A stretch of DNA of 64,000 nucleotides from an uncultured delta proteobacterium (GTDB lineage: Bacteria > Myxococcota_A > Polyangia > Polyangiales > Polyangiaceae), in assembly GCA_963839305.1 (NCBI GenBank), contig CAWIUL010000011.1, positions 2,313,561 to 2,377,560 on the forward strand. Reading direction: 5' to 3'. Every line of letters begins with the position of its first letter. Position 1 is the first letter of the stretch. Positions 20,813 through 31,448 of the stretch are shown in pieces. The notes beneath the pieces were generated by a model. That model did no database searches, was not told the DNA's origin, and was given only the letters and a program-made list of their open reading frames with translations. Position numbers and translations under genes: made by a program.

Positions 20813-21481
20813 ATGCCGTGGAGAGAGGCCACCTTGCGCGGTCAGCGCGTCCTCGCGCGCGTGAAGCCCGACGGCTCTTTCGACGAAACGGGCGGCCGCG
20901 TGGAGATACGCTACAGGCCGACGGACTCGAAGGCGTACGAGGCGCGAACGTCGAACCTCGTCGCGTCGCCGAGCGGGGAGGTCCTGCCCGACAGCACGTG
21001 CGTGCCGCGCGAGGCGTCCGCGGCGAAGAAGACCGCCGGCAAGGCCGCCGCGCCGAACCATGCAGACTACAAGGATTCGTGGATCGCCTACACCGACGGC
21101 GCGTGCACGGGTAACCCCGGCCCCGCGGGCTGCGGCACGATCGTCATCGCGCCGGGCGGCAAGATCCACGAGTCGTACGCGTACCTCGGCGAGGCCACGA
21201 ACAACATCGCAGAGCTCCAGGCCATCATGAACGCGCTCGCCGCGACGCCCACGGCGGAGCCGCTCGTGCTCCACACCGACAGCCAGTACGCCATCGGCGT
21301 GCTCACCAAAGGCTGGAAGGCGAAGGCCAACACCGATCTCATCCAACGGATTCGCAAGGCGCTCGTCGACCGCAAAGTGCGCTTCGTCTACGTGCCGGGC
21401 CACGCGGGCGTGCCGATGAACGAACGCGCCGACGAGCTCGCGCGCGAGGCGATCCGCGTGCGAACGTCGAGGTCGGAGTGA
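20813..21481 (+). CDS. rnhA: ribonuclease H (type 1) with an N-terminal extension domain
   Basis: Internal Met (M119) of track ORF 20459..21481. TDGACTGNPG...NNIAELQA...HTDSQY...HAGVPMNERADELA catalytic motifs. Confidence 0.8.
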   Translation: MPWREATLRGQRVLARVKPDGSFDETGGRVEIRYRPTDSKAYEARTSNLVASPSGEVLPDSTCVPREASAAKKTAGKAAAPNHADYKDSWIAYTDGACTGNPGPAGCGTIVIAPGGKIHESYAYLGEATNNIAELQAIMNALAATPTAEPLVLHTDSQYAIGVLTKGWKAKANTDLIQRIRKALVDRKVRFVYVPGHAGVPMNERADELAREAIRVRTSRSE

Positions 21482-21482
21482 G

Positions 21483-22520
21483 ATGAAGACGCGCGATCGG
21501 GTGGTGTCGGCGATCGTCGTGGGTGGGATCATCGCGCTCATCTGGGTGGGCGGATCGAAGCTGCGTGGAGGGGCGTCAGACGCGTCCGCGGACAGCGCGA
21601 GCACGACCACGACCGCGAGCGCGAGTCCGAGCACGAGCACGAGTCCGGTCGCGAGCACGACCGCGAGCGCGGTCATCGTCGACGCTGCGCCTCCGATGTC
21701 CGGCGCGTGCAAGGCGATGGCGGACGCGAGCGCGCGCAAGCTCGACGACGCGAAGAAGGCGCGCGCGTGCACGCCGGCGTTCGACGCGTCGGAGCTCCAC
21801 TGCCACACGTCGAGCAACGGCGCGACGTGGGGTCTCCGCGTCGACGACGTCGTCGACCTCGGCGAAGAGCCTTGCAAGACCGGGTGGCTCGTTCGCCTCG
21901 TCCACCTCGACGTGAACGGAAACGAGAGCGCGGTCGTCCCCGGCATCTCGCAGACGCTGCGCGCGCACACGTACAACAGCAGCCTCGACCTACGCGTCGC
22001 GGACGTCGCGTTCTTCGACTACGACGGCGACGGCGACGACGAGGTCTTCGTCCGCGGGACGCGCGGCTCCGGCGATCGCGCCGACGAAGAGCGCGCTCAG
22101 GTGTGGACGTTCGCGACGACCGACGCCGGCTCGCGCATCGCCCCCTACCCGCCCGCTTCGTCGCTCACCATCATCGGAGCGCTCGACGTCGACTCCGACG
22201 GCCGCCCCGATCTCATGGTGACGTTCTTCGGCACCGGAAGGAGCGCGCCCCCGACGAGCCGCCGCTTCGCCGCGCACTCGCTCGCGGACGGCACGTTCTC
22301 GCTCCGCGACACGGCAGCCGTCACTTGGGCCGAAAAACAGTGCCCGAGCGATCCCACGCTGGACCTCTCCGGCTTCGACTCCGGGACCGCGGACGCGATG
22401 GTGTGCGCGCTCGTATGGGGCCGAGATCTCTCGCGTGCGTGCCACGCGCTCGAGTCCGGCGCGTGCCCGCCCTGGGCCGAGAAGCTCTCGAAGACGAAAC
22501 CGCCGCTTTCGCTGCGCTGA
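21483..22520 (+). CDS. membrane-anchored protein with Asp-rich FG-GAP/VCBS-like repeats
   Basis: Track ORF. N-terminal TM, Ser/Thr-rich linker, DYDGDGDDEVF and DVDSDGRPD calcium-binding-like repeats. Confidence 0.55.
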   Translation: MKTRDRVVSAIVVGGIIALIWVGGSKLRGGASDASADSASTTTTASASPSTSTSPVASTTASAVIVDAAPPMSGACKAMADASARKLDDAKKARACTPAFDASELHCHTSSNGATWGLRVDDVVDLGEEPCKTGWLVRLVHLDVNGNESAVVPGISQTLRAHTYNSSLDLRVADVAFFDYDGDGDDEVFVRGTRGSGDRADEERAQVWTFATTDAGSRIAPYPPASSLTIIGALDVDSDGRPDLMVTFFGTGRSAPPTSRRFAAHSLADGTFSLRDTAAVTWAEKQCPSDPTLDLSGFDSGTADAMVCALVWGRDLSRACHALESGACPPWAEKLSKTKPPLSLR

Positions 22521-22543
22521 GACGCGCGGTAAACCATTTCGCC

Positions 22544-23338
22544 ATGCCGTCGATCTACCGGCCCGGGCTCTTCCAGAATCGCGTCGCCGTCATCACCGGC
22601 GGCGGCAGCGGCATCGGCCTCGCGATCGCGCGCGAGCTCGGCGAGCTCGGCGCCAAGGTCGCCATCGCGAGCCGCAAGCAGGAGCGCATCGACGCGGCCA
22701 AGGCCGCGCTGGCAGAACAGGGCGTCGACGTCCTCGGAACGACGTGCGACATCCGCGAGCCCGAGCAGGTCGCGAGCATGGTCGACCTCGTGCTCGAGAA
22801 GCTCGGCCCCATCGACATCCTCGTGAACAACGCCGGCGGCCAGTTCCCGACGCAGGCCGAGAACCTCTCGGTGAAGGGTTGGGACGCGGTCATCCGCAAC
22901 AACCTCAACGGCACCTTCTACGTCACGCAGGCGGTCGCGAACAAATCGATGATCCCTCGTAAAAAAGGGCGGATCATCAACATCATCGCGAACATCGCGC
23001 GCGGCTTTCCGGGCATGGTCCACACGGGCGCGGCGCGCGCGGGCGTCGAGAACATGACCAAGACGCTCGCGATCGAGTGGGCGCAGTACGACATCCAGAT
23101 CAACGCGGTCGCCCCCGGCATCATCCGCTCGAGCGGCATCGACCAGTACCCGCCGGAGATCGTCGAGATGAGCCGGCAGCGCACGCCGCAAAAGCGGCTC
23201 GGCAGCGTGGAAGAGGTGAGCGAGCTCGTCTGTTACCTCGCGAGCGACGCAGCGTCGTTCGTCACCGGCGAGACGTGGTACATCGACGGCGGCGCGCACC
23301 TCTGGGGCGACACGTGGCTAATCCCGGACCGAACCTGA
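22544..23338 (+). CDS. SDR-family oxidoreductase (enoyl/dienoyl-CoA reductase-like)
   Basis: M280 of track ORF 21707..23338. TGGGSGIG, NNAG and YxxxK motifs. Confidence 0.85.
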   Translation: MPSIYRPGLFQNRVAVITGGGSGIGLAIARELGELGAKVAIASRKQERIDAAKAALAEQGVDVLGTTCDIREPEQVASMVDLVLEKLGPIDILVNNAGGQFPTQAENLSVKGWDAVIRNNLNGTFYVTQAVANKSMIPRKKGRIINIIANIARGFPGMVHTGAARAGVENMTKTLAIEWAQYDIQINAVAPGIIRSSGIDQYPPEIVEMSRQRTPQKRLGSVEEVSELVCYLASDAASFVTGETWYIDGGAHLWGDTWLIPDRT

Positions 23339-23397
23339 CGCAAGGCGAGAACCCGGCGGCGCCGCCGAAGCCCTCCCTCGGGGAGAGGCTCCGCGCG

Positions 23398-25284
23398 GTG
23401 CCGTCGCGCCTGCGCGCGTACGTCTACGGCTATTTCTACGAGGAGCCGCTCACGTTCGTGTCGGCCCTCGTGCCGCTCTGCTTTCTCTCGATCATTCTCT
23501 ACACGCGCCTCATGCGCATCGAGAACGGTCACCTCACGCCGACGAACTTCATCTTCGACGAGCAAGAGGCGCTCCTCGCGAACCCGTACGTGCGCTCCGT
23601 GGTCGACCCCGCGTCGCACCTCCACTGGCTCGACGCGTTCAGGCGCGATTTCTGGGGCCTGCCGTACGATCGCACGATCGGCTCGTATCGCCCCCTGCCG
23701 GACATCATCTGGCGCTTCTTGTGGTGGTGCGGCGCGCGCGATCAGAGCCCGTTCGTCGATCACTGGATCAACGTGCTCCTCCACGGCACGAACGGCGCGC
23801 TCATCACGATCGTCGGGTTCAAGCTCACGCGCGATCGCACGACCGCGTGGCTCGCGGGCGGAATCTTCACGGCCGCCGCGGTCGTCACCGAGGCCGTGAG
23901 CGGCGTCGTCGGCCTCGCGGACGTCCTCGGCGCGCTCGGGGCGCTCCTCGCGCTCGGGTCGCTCACGCTCCCGATGTGGGCGATGCCGTTCGCGGTCCTC
24001 GGCTCGACGCTCGTCGGGCTCTACTCGAAGGAGAGCGCGCTCTGCATCGTGCCCATGGTGCCGTTCGCCGCGCTCCTCAGCGCGCAGATCACGCACCCGA
24101 ACAAGCCCATGCGCTGGCTACGCGCCGCGCTGTGCCTCGTCGCGACGACGGCCGCGTTCGTCTTCTACGTCGACCGCAGGCGCCACTGGTTTCCCGCGTC
24201 GCTCCCGCCGGATCTCACGATCGAGGCGAACATCGGAAAGCCCTGGGCGACGCGCTTCTTCCATGGCCTGCTCCGCTGGTACGCGCAGCCGATCTTGCCG
24301 AAGGACCCGCTCAATAACCCGCTCGTCGACGCGACGACGGCCGAGCGCATCGCGGGCGGGCTCCGCGTCTACGCGCGCGGCCTCGGCGAGGTGCTCCTTC
24401 CGTATCGCCTCTCCGGCGATTACTCCGCGCCGCAGGAGCCCATCCCCACGCGCCTGATTTTCCCCGAGAGCATCATCGGCTTTCTCGCGCTCGTCGGGCC
24501 CATCATCGCCGCGCCGATCGTCGGCTGGCGCGGCATCAAGCAAAATAGGCCCGTGCTCGTGCTCGCCGCGGTCTCGATGCTGTGGATCGTCGTGAGCTAT
24601 TTTCCGGTGTCGAACATTCCGATCTTGCTGCCGACGGTTCGCGCGGAGCGCTTCTGGTACTTCCCGGCGATCGGGACGAGCTTCCTCCTCGCGTTCTTCT
24701 TCGCGTGGGTGCTCCGCGCGACGCGCGCGAAGGGCTTTCGCTGGGCGGGCGCCTTGGCCGTGTTCGTCTTCTTCGTCTGGCAGAGCGTCGCCGCGCGCGC
24801 GCACGCGAACGACTACACGAACGACCTCGTCTTCTGGGACGCCACGCGCAAGGCCGTTCCGCGCAGCGCGAAGGCGCACCTCAACTACTCGGTCATGAAG
24901 GGCGCGCGCGGCGATCTCGAGGAGCGCCGCCAGGCGAACGCGGTCGCCCTCGAGCTCGCGCCGAACTGGCCGATGGCGAACGTCTACTTGGGCGACACGC
25001 TCTGCCGCATGCACCGCGCGCCAGAGGCGTGGCCCCACTACAAACGCGGCTTCGAGCTCGCGCCCGGCGACCCGAACCTGATCTCGCTCGGCCTCCAATG
25101 CCTGTGGGACGAAAAGTATTTCGCCGACGTCGCCCAAGAGCTCTCCGACATGGGCGCGAAGCAACCCGGGTCGTGGCTCGATTTCCTCCAGCGCGACATG
25201 GCCGACCACGGCGAGGAGCACAACGGCGTGGACCCGAAATACCGGCCGCGTGGTTACAACGAGGGGCCGAAGAACGACAACTGA
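23398..25284 (+). CDS. polytopic membrane protein with C-terminal TPR repeats (TMTC / protein-O-mannosyltransferase-like)
   Basis: Track ORF 23077..25284. Probable GTG start at 23398 just before the first TM helix. About 10 TM helices then TPR-like repeats. Confidence 0.6.
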   Translation: MPSRLRAYVYGYFYEEPLTFVSALVPLCFLSIILYTRLMRIENGHLTPTNFIFDEQEALLANPYVRSVVDPASHLHWLDAFRRDFWGLPYDRTIGSYRPLPDIIWRFLWWCGARDQSPFVDHWINVLLHGTNGALITIVGFKLTRDRTTAWLAGGIFTAAAVVTEAVSGVVGLADVLGALGALLALGSLTLPMWAMPFAVLGSTLVGLYSKESALCIVPMVPFAALLSAQITHPNKPMRWLRAALCLVATTAAFVFYVDRRRHWFPASLPPDLTIEANIGKPWATRFFHGLLRWYAQPILPKDPLNNPLVDATTAERIAGGLRVYARGLGEVLLPYRLSGDYSAPQEPIPTRLIFPESIIGFLALVGPIIAAPIVGWRGIKQNRPVLVLAAVSMLWIVVSYFPVSNIPILLPTVRAERFWYFPAIGTSFLLAFFFAWVLRATRAKGFRWAGALAVFVFFVWQSVAARAHANDYTNDLVFWDATRKAVPRSAKAHLNYSVMKGARGDLEERRQANAVALELAPNWPMANVYLGDTLCRMHRAPEAWPHYKRGFELAPGDPNLISLGLQCLWDEKYFADVAQELSDMGAKQPGSWLDFLQRDMADHGEEHNGVDPKYRPRGYNEGPKNDN

Positions 25285-25288
25285 GCGC

Positions 25289-26736
25289 TCACTTCGAGGT
25301 CGCCCTCACGTGATCCGCGGACGTCCAATACACGCTCGTCGCGTCGACCGTGACCGCGTCGATTGGGCCTTCGCTCGTGGCGAGGACGAGCGGCGTGCCG
25401 CCGGTGAGCGAGAGCTCGCGGATTCGAGCCGTCTGCGGCGCCCCAATAAAGTGACGTGCCGTCGGTGGCGAGGTTCGTGACGATGTCTTGGCCTTTCGCC
25501 AAGACGGTCTGCGTGGGCCCGACCTTCGCGTGCGAGACCACGTCGCCGCTCGGCGCGATCCAATAGAGGTTCGTCGCGTCGTCGGCGAGCGCGAGCGCGT
25601 TCACGCCCGACGCGAGCGTCGTGGTGCCGACGCCTTGCCCGGTGATCGGCGCGTACACGACGTCGCCCGAGAACGTCGCGACGTAGACGTTCGTGTCGTC
25701 GGCGACGATCGACTGCGGCGACTGCGCGAACGTGATGTTCGTCGGGTTCGCGGAGCCGTCGATGGGCGCGCGCGTGACCGTGCCGCTCGACGTGCCGAAG
25801 TAGACGTACCCCGCGTGCAGGGCCATCGTGAGGATGCCGCTCGCGTTCGCGACCACCGTGACCGCGCCGCCCCCGAGCGGGCGCGAGTCGATCTGCGTGT
25901 TGAGGTGGACCCACACGAGGCTCGCGCCGTCCGTCGCGAGGAGCGTCGCCGCGCTCTCCGAATAGAACGTCTGCGGCGTGCCGCCGCCGAGCGGCGCTTG
26001 GTCGATCGCCGGCGTCGTGCCGTGATCCGCCCAGTAGACGAAGCTCGAGTCGACGGCGATGCCCGCGAAGATCTTCGACGTGCTCGTCGTGTACGTCACC
26101 ATCGGGCACATCGCGGACGAGCATTTCCCGCCGCCCGCGCACGCGCGGCCGCACACGCCGCAGCTCGTCGAGCTCGTCTGGAGGCTCGCCTCGCAGCCAT
26201 TCGACGCAACGCCGTCGCAGTCCGCGAATGGAGGAGCGCACACGACGCTGCACTGCGCGGCGCTGCACAACGCGCTCTCGTTCGGACCTGGCGTCGGGCA
26301 CGGCGTGTCGCACGCGCCGCAATGCGCCGCGTTCGTCGTGAGGTCCACGCACTCGGTTCCGCAGGTGGTCAGCGGACACACGCACTGCCCAGAGGCGCAC
26401 GTGGAGCCCTGCGCGCACGCGTTTCCGCAGGCGCCGCAGTTGCGAGAGTCGACCATCGTGTCCGTGCAGAACGCGGCGCCGCTCCCTCCGCACGCGACCT
26501 CGACGCCCGGGGCACGCGACGCACGAGCCCTGCTCGCACAAGGCGTTCTGCGAGCACGCCGCGCCGCACGACCCGCAGTTGAATCGATCCGTGTTGGGGT
26601 CGACGCACAGGCCGTCGCACGTGAGCCGCGGCGCAACGCAGGCGCTGCCCGCGTCGTCCGTGTACGTCGTGTCGTACGTGCGGCACGCGACGATGGCCGT
26701 CACCGCCACGAGCAACGAAATCCCCTCGCGCCTCAC
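25289..26736 (-). pseudogene. secreted lipoprotein with Cys-rich repeats and a YWTD-like beta-propeller; two frameshifts
   Basis: N-terminus with lipobox is in track ORF 25306..26736. The middle (Cys repeats plus FVYWAD/YVYFGT/NLYWIAP blades) is in track ORF 25254..26636. The last ~45 aa (PQTARIRELSLTGGTPLVLATSEGPIDAVTVDATSVYWTSADHVRATSK) are in a third frame ending at ~25289. Junctions lie near 26495 (ccccggg run) and 25425 (tggggcg run). Confidence 0.6.
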
Positions 26737-26852
26737 GACGCTGAGCCTAGCTCAAGTGGCCCGCGGGCCGGCACGGGCCAGGCATGCCGGGCCTCGACGC
26801 GCGTGTTTCTCGGCGTTTTTCGTCGGCACGCCCCTCGCGAAGGGGGCGCCGC

Positions 26853-27476
26853 ATGCGGACCTTCATCGTGCTCTTCGTGCTCTTCGTCGCTGCCGTGCTC
26901 GCTTGCTTCGAGGGCGCGCCTCCCGCGGAACAAACCGTCACGAGCGGCCAGGCGCTCGTGCAGTCGCTCGCGTGCGCGTCGTGTCACGGCGCGGACCTGT
27001 CGGGCTCCGAGTCGCCGATCGGCAAGCTCGGCGCTTACGCTGCCAACCTCACGCCGGATCCGGAGACGGGCCTCGGGAGCTGGAGCGACGACGACATCGC
27101 CCGCGCCGTGCGAACCGGAGTGGACGACGACGACGCGGCGCTCTGCGAGACGATGCCGCGGTTCGGCACGCTCTCGGACGAACAGGCCGCGGCTCTCGTC
27201 GCGTACCTGCGATCGCTTCCGCCCATCGCACACGACGTCCCCGCGAGCGCGTGCGAGCCCGCGCCCGATCTCGACGACGCGGGGCTCGACGACGCAGGCG
27301 TCGTGATCGTCACCGACGACGCGGCGGCGCCGTGCACCGGCTACGCGTCTCCGCAGACGAGCGCGACGTGTCACGCGTGCTCGGGCAGCTCGTGCCAGCC
27401 GAACGGATGCTTCGGCGGGTGGTATTGCGATCTCGCGACGCTCCACTGCGTCGCAAAGCCTGCGCAATGCGAGTGA
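26853..27476 (+). CDS. secreted c-type cytochrome domain protein with Cys-rich C-terminal tail
   Basis: M24 of track ORF 26784..27476. Signal peptide and CASCHG haem-binding motif. Confidence 0.7.
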   Translation: MRTFIVLFVLFVAAVLACFEGAPPAEQTVTSGQALVQSLACASCHGADLSGSESPIGKLGAYAANLTPDPETGLGSWSDDDIARAVRTGVDDDDAALCETMPRFGTLSDEQAAALVAYLRSLPPIAHDVPASACEPAPDLDDAGLDDAGVVIVTDDAAAPCTGYASPQTSATCHACSGSSCQPNGCFGGWYCDLATLHCVAKPAQCE

Positions 27477-27530
27477 ATGTAACCTCGCTCGCCGGCGCGC
27501 GATTCGGTAGTACGCTCGACGTCTTCAATC

Positions 27531-28433
27531 GTGGATTCGCTCGTAGACGTTCGCGTCGCAGACCTCCTCACGTTCCTCGCCGTTCAGCGCACCGGCTCGA
27601 TCACGGCCGCCGCGCGCGAGATGCGGGTGACGCCGTCGCAGGTGAGCAAGGCGATCGCGCGCCTCGAGCGACACTCGGGCGTGCGCCTTCTCGCGCGCAG
27701 CACGCGAGGCATCTCGCTCACCGAGGCGGGGCGGCTCATGGTCGCCCGCGTGATCGCCGCGGTCGCCGCGCTCCGCGCGCTCCGCAACGCGCCGGCGATC
27801 GGCGACACGCTCGAGCTCACGATCGCCGGACCGTCGTACCTCGTGACGCACCTCATGCCGACCGTCGCCATGAGCCACCCACGCCTCCACCTCCGCGGGC
27901 TCGAGCTCGCGCCCGCGTACCTGCGCGCGTACGTGACGGAGAATTTCTACGACATCGCTCTCGTGGTCGGCGATCTCGAGGGCAAACCGTCGACGTGGAC
28001 GACCGACGAGGTCGGACACGTTCGCGCCGAGCTGCTCGCGCCACCCGCGGTCGCCGCGAAGCTCGGCTCGTTTCCGACCACGCCCGCTCAGGTGCGCTCG
28101 TTGAAGTTCGTCGTGCCCACGGTCGCTCCGAGCGATCGCTTCGTGCCGCTCGACGACGCGTGTCCCCTCCGGCGCGACGAGCGCATCGTCGGCCACGAGA
28201 CGCAAACGATCGGCGCCGCCCTCGAGTTCGCCGCGCAGACCGACCACGTCGTCTTCGGGCCGCTGCTCGCCGCGCGCCGCCTCATCGAGAGCGGCGTGCT
28301 CGTGCCCGTCCCCGTGCAGGGATGGAACGTCAGCGAGCCGCTCTGCGTCGTGTGCAACGGAAACCGCGTGCTCTCGAACGTCCGCAAATCGATCCTGCGC
28401 GCGCTGAGGGACTCGCTGCCGCAGCTCGTCTGA
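27531..28433 (+). CDS. LysR-family transcriptional regulator
   Basis: Track ORF. N-terminal HTH (ITAAAREMRVTPSQVSKAIARLE) and LysR substrate-binding domain. Confidence 0.85.
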   Translation: MDSLVDVRVADLLTFLAVQRTGSITAAAREMRVTPSQVSKAIARLERHSGVRLLARSTRGISLTEAGRLMVARVIAAVAALRALRNAPAIGDTLELTIAGPSYLVTHLMPTVAMSHPRLHLRGLELAPAYLRAYVTENFYDIALVVGDLEGKPSTWTTDEVGHVRAELLAPPAVAAKLGSFPTTPAQVRSLKFVVPTVAPSDRFVPLDDACPLRRDERIVGHETQTIGAALEFAAQTDHVVFGPLLAARRLIESGVLVPVPVQGWNVSEPLCVVCNGNRVLSNVRKSILRALRDSLPQLV

Positions 28434-28434
28434 A

Positions 28435-29913
28435 TCAGCGGCGCCTGAGGCGGCCGACGCGGCGCGCGAGCCACGCAATCCCCGCGATGACCACCGCGAC
28501 CGCGACGCTCGCGCCGAAGATCCCGACATCGAGCACGAGATCGAGATCCTTGGCCTCCTCGGGCTTGAGGACGAACGTCGTCGCGAAACGGACGCCGATG
28601 CCGCCGAGCGCGTACACCACCAGCGCGAAGAAGAGAGCGCGCCGACGATCGGCGAGGAGCTCGAGGATGCGCACGCTGTTCGGCCACGCCTCGCGCGTGC
28701 GTCCGATGACCGACGCCGAGAGGACGAACGTCGCGAGGCCGACCGCGGCGAGGACGAGGAAGCTCTCCGTGCCCGTGACGGACTGGGCGTGCCGCGCGTG
28801 ACGAACGAGCGCCGCGGCGGCGGTGGAGGCCCCCGCGATCCAGAAGACGCCGAGCACGAGCGCGTAGAAGAGGACGGCCGTGCGCGCGCCGCGCGGCGCG
28901 TCGATTGACGACGCCGAGGTCTGCTGCACCGTCGGCGCGTGGGCGAGCGCGACGTCCGGTCGCCTCGACGCCTCGAACGCCGCGAGCGCCGCGTCGATCT
29001 CGAGCGCCGTCTGGTAGCGATCGCTCGGCGCCTTCGCCATCGCTCGCTGCACGACGAGCTCGAGCTCCGGCGGGACGCTCGACGCGATCGAGCGCAGCCG
29101 CGGAGGCTCTTCGTCGCTCACGAGCTTCGAGAGGGCCGTCGCGGCGTCCTCTCCCTCGTACGGCGAGCGCCCGGCGAGCGCCGTGTACAGCGTCGCGCCG
29201 AGACCGTAGACGTCGGTGCGCGCGTCGATCTTGCCGCCGCGCGCTTGCTCGGGCGCCATGTACGCGGGCGTCCCGAGCACCGCGCCGGTTCGCGTGAGCT
29301 TCGTGCTCTTGTCCTTGAGCATCTTGCTGATGCCGAAATCGAGCACCTTCACGAACGGCTGCCCGTCGACCTCCGCGATGAACACGTTCTCGGGCTTCAC
29401 GTCGCGATGGATCACGCCGCGCGCGTGCGCCGCCGCGAGCGCCTGCGCGGTCTCACGCCCGATGCGAACGGCGATATCGACCGGAACCGCCTTCTGCGTT
29501 CGCTCGATGCGCATGCCGAGGTCTTCGCCCTCGAGCAGCTCGGTCACGAGGAAGTGGACGCCCTCGGCCGTCTTGCCGGCGTCGTAGACCTCGACGACGT
29601 GGGGGTGCGCGACGCGCGTCGCGCTCTCGACCTCGCGCTCGAAGCGCGCGACGATCTCGGGCTCGCGTGCGAACTCTTCGCCGAGCACCTTTACTGCGAC
29701 GAGTCGGTCGCGAAGGCGCAGGTGCCGCGCCTCGTAGATGCGCCCCATCCCGCCCTCGCCCAACTGACGATCGATGCGGTACGTGCCCTCGAGGACGCGC
29801 CCGATCCACGCGTCTGCGGGTTGTTCTGCGTGCGCGACCACTTCGACCAGCGCAGCACACAACCCCGTGGCTCCGCAACGGCGAGGAGCGGTGACCAGGT
29901 GCGCCTCGTGCAC
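28435..29913 (-). CDS. Ser/Thr protein kinase with C-terminal multi-TM region
   Basis: Track ORF. GEGGMGRIY, HRDVKPENV, DFG and APE motifs, then four hydrophobic helices. Confidence 0.9.
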   Translation of the reverse strand: MHEAHLVTAPRRCGATGLCAALVEVVAHAEQPADAWIGRVLEGTYRIDRQLGEGGMGRIYEARHLRLRDRLVAVKVLGEEFAREPEIVARFEREVESATRVAHPHVVEVYDAGKTAEGVHFLVTELLEGEDLGMRIERTQKAVPVDIAVRIGRETAQALAAAHARGVIHRDVKPENVFIAEVDGQPFVKVLDFGISKMLKDKSTKLTRTGAVLGTPAYMAPEQARGGKIDARTDVYGLGATLYTALAGRSPYEGEDAATALSKLVSDEEPPRLRSIASSVPPELELVVQRAMAKAPSDRYQTALEIDAALAAFEASRRPDVALAHAPTVQQTSASSIDAPRGARTAVLFYALVLGVFWIAGASTAAAALVRHARHAQSVTGTESFLVLAAVGLATFVLSASVIGRTREAWPNSVRILELLADRRRALFFALVVYALGGIGVRFATTFVLKPEEAKDLDLVLDVGIFGASVAVAVVIAGIAWLARRVGRLRRR

Positions 29914-29983
29914 ACGTGAACCGAGAAGTGTTGCGCAGAGCGGCGGCCGTACCTATGCTGCGCCGCTTTTTGGAGGTCGGTCG

Positions 29984-30788
29984 ATGCGAACCTTGAGCAG
30001 CGTGATTTCGGTCTTCTTCATCTCGGTCGTCGTCGGAGCCGGATGCTCCAGCACGCCCGATAACGGCGACGGCGGCACGGACGCATCACCCTCCGACGCG
30101 AAGCCCGACAAGGTCACGAAGGACGCGAGCGGCGACGCGGCGACGTGCGGCTCGAAGCTCGCGTGCGAGGTGTGCGACGGCGGCTTTTCGGCGACGCAGA
30201 TGACCGCACCCTACGCGAACGCGGGGTTGTGCAGCGCGGCCGACATCACCGCCTTCGTCACCGCCTGCGGAGCGAATTCGACTCAAGCGACGTGCGACGC
30301 GTGGCAGACCGCGGAGCAAACCTCGGGGCCGGATTGCCTCTCGTGCGTCTTCTCCGATCAGGCGGGACCAAAGTGGGGCCTCTACGTTTGCGACTCGCAA
30401 GGCGCGTGCGCGTTCAACACGCCCGGCTGCCTCGACGTCGCGCTCGGAACGGTGTCGCTCGAGAAGCAAGCCGGCGGCGCGGGCTCCTGTGGCGATCTCT
30501 ACAACGACGCGTACGGCTGCGAGTCCTACTCGTGCGGCGACGTGCACCACCACGACCGACTACGACTCGTGCCTCACGTCGGCGGACGCGACCGAGTGCA
30601 AGGCGTACGCGGACCCCGCGTACTCGACGACCGGCAAGTGCGCCGCGCTCGACGACGCGTCGACGACCGTGAACTCTTGTTTCGGCGCGAACGACACCGA
30701 CCTCAACACGATGGTCACGATCTTGTGCGGCGGGATGACGTCGGACGCTGGCGCGACCGACGCCGCGACCGACGCCACGACCGACTGA
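29984..30788 (+). CDS. Cys-rich secreted lipoprotein, frameshifted near 30550
   Basis: M71 of track ORF 29774..30883 (signal peptide plus lipobox GAGCSS). The sense continues in track ORF 30489..30788 (CTTTTDYDSCLTSADATECK...). Confidence 0.55.
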
Positions 30789-30940
30789 AGAATCGTTGCC
30801 TCGAGCCCTCGGGGGTCGGGCCTCGAGCCCTCTGCAAAATGGTTCGAGGTCCGCAACGAGGTTGCGTAAGAAAACGCACGTAACGCTCGATTTCCCGCGA
30901 AAATCAGCTTGGCGCGAGTGTTGCGTAATGCCTCGATGCC

Positions 30941-31447
30941 ATGCCGAACTTTGCTTACGATCGAGCATCCGAACGCCCGCAGTCGGAGATGCGCCTACGC
31001 GTCGCCGATGGGCGCAATCACGAGGTCGAGCTCACCCTCCACGAGGTCGATTTGGCCATTCGCGAGAACGGCTCGACCGCCGACGCGGGCCTCGTGATGG
31101 CGCTGCGCCTCGTGGAGAACGCCGCCTCGGACGTCGAGCGCTGGGCGGAGACGCTCGGCGCGCAGCACGTCTGCGATCCGTGGCTGGACTCGTGCGCGCA
31201 GTGGATCGCGGGCGTCGGCGCGACGCTCGTCTCCGCGTTCATGTACGAAGAGGGACCCGAACGCCGCGTGGCGCTCGCGCTCGCCGCGGAGGAATCGTCG
31301 ATGCGCCTCCTCATGGGCATCGAGCGAGAGGGCGTCGAGACGGTGGCGATGCTGCGCAACCTCGACGGCAACGCCGCGCGCGCGGCCAGCGAGCTCGCCG
31401 AGCGACTCGGGCTCGCCGACCGCGTCCTCCACGCGCGCGTCGGCTGA
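30941..31447 (+). CDS. hypothetical protein
   Basis: Track ORF, 168 aa, coherent high GC3, no recognisable domain. Confidence 0.5.
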   Translation: MPNFAYDRASERPQSEMRLRVADGRNHEVELTLHEVDLAIRENGSTADAGLVMALRLVENAASDVERWAETLGAQHVCDPWLDSCAQWIAGVGATLVSAFMYEEGPERRVALALAAEESSMRLLMGIEREGVETVAMLRNLDGNAARAASELAERLGLADRVLHARVG

Positions 31448-31448
31448 C

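Noticed and set aside
26579-28801. 740-aa + strand ORF
   Set aside because: Arg-rich artefact. The real genes here are the cytochrome c (26853) and LysR (27531) genes in other frames.
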